A stretch of 25,214 nt of DNA, from assembly GCA_964534385.1 (NCBI GenBank), contig CAZHOA010000001.1:1-25214 (forward strand), given 5' to 3'. This stretch comes from an uncultured Candidatus Saccharibacteria bacterium (GTDB lineage: Bacteria; Patescibacteriota; Minisyncoccia; 2-02-FULL-40-12; IGHO2-01-FULL-4-A). The notes beneath the pieces are model-generated. The model was not told the DNA's origin, ran no database searches, and saw nothing but the letters and a program-made list of their open reading frames with translations. The translations under genes were made by a program, and so were the position numbers. Shown here piece by piece: positions 25,062-25,214 of this stretch (its first letter is position 1; the number at the start of each line of letters is the position of its first letter).

Positions 25062-25112
25062 GCGAACCCTTTTGAGAGACGTCGCTGTGCGACGCGGGTC
25101 AAAAGGGTTCGC
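25062..25112. repeat. Nested inverted repeat, REP-like
   Basis: gcgaacccttttga (25062-25075) / tcaaaagggttcgc (25099-25112), 14-bp stem, with an inner cgtcgc-tgt-gcgacg hairpin. Confidence 0.7.
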
Positions 25113-25166
25113 GAAGCTTGGGTTGAGTTAGTGGAGGTTAGGTGCTGTGCCCAAGGTAATCTAAGT

Positions 25167-25196
25167 TTGATAAAATAATTGAAAACTGTATATAAT
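25167..25196 (+). promoter_or_regulatory. Possible promoter TTGATA-N18-TATAAT for a gene starting at the window edge (ATG 25203)
   Basis: Consensus -10 box; the downstream gene is cut off by the window. Confidence 0.35.
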
Positions 25197-25214
25197 TGGT
25201 GGATGCTGTATGGT

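Noticed and set aside
1-25214. DGR reverse transcriptase, template repeat or Avd in the window
   Set aside because: No ORF has RT motifs (e.g. LGxxxSQ, YxDD), and I found no A-rich near-copy of either variable region by eye. The DGR call therefore rests on target signatures only.
25190-25214. Minus strand reads ...cagcatccacca, like a tRNA/tmRNA 3' end
   Set aside because: No T-arm is visible in the available bases. A plus-strand promoter with ATG 25203 explains the region as well. It cannot be resolved at the window edge.

Overview
Chromosomal segment that most resembles a Patescibacteria (CPR, Parcubacteria-like) genome. This assignment is inferred from an AspRS lacking the GAD insert, a sigma70-r4/HARE-HTH protein, a stand-alone VirB4/VirD4-like ATPase with its usual partner, and a tRNA without encoded CCA. 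Core genes are a cyclophilin, DUF167, a TM0106-type nuclease, secD/secF, aspS, a D,D-carboxypeptidase, mraY, ftsW and rpsT. Three things stand out. (1) Two inversely oriented paralogs about 22 kb apart (2495-3208 +, 24340-24972 -) share a near-identical promoter, 5'UTR and N-terminal ~40-aa module but carry different C-terminal domains. Both end in NNY-biased segments that look like diversity-generating-retroelement (DGR) variable regions. No RT or template repeat was seen in the window. (2) A tRNA-Lys(UUU) is followed by two identical, hairpin-rich 160-bp units that regenerate the tRNA 3' end and contain an antisense copy of its T-loop. (3) A small island downstream of these units is bounded by 17-bp direct repeats overlapping the tRNA 3' end. 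It carries a probable recombinase remnant and two accessory genes, and is followed by GNAT, HD-hydrolase, Cys-rich surface-protein and ABC-exporter genes. All family assignments come from motif recognition, not database searches.
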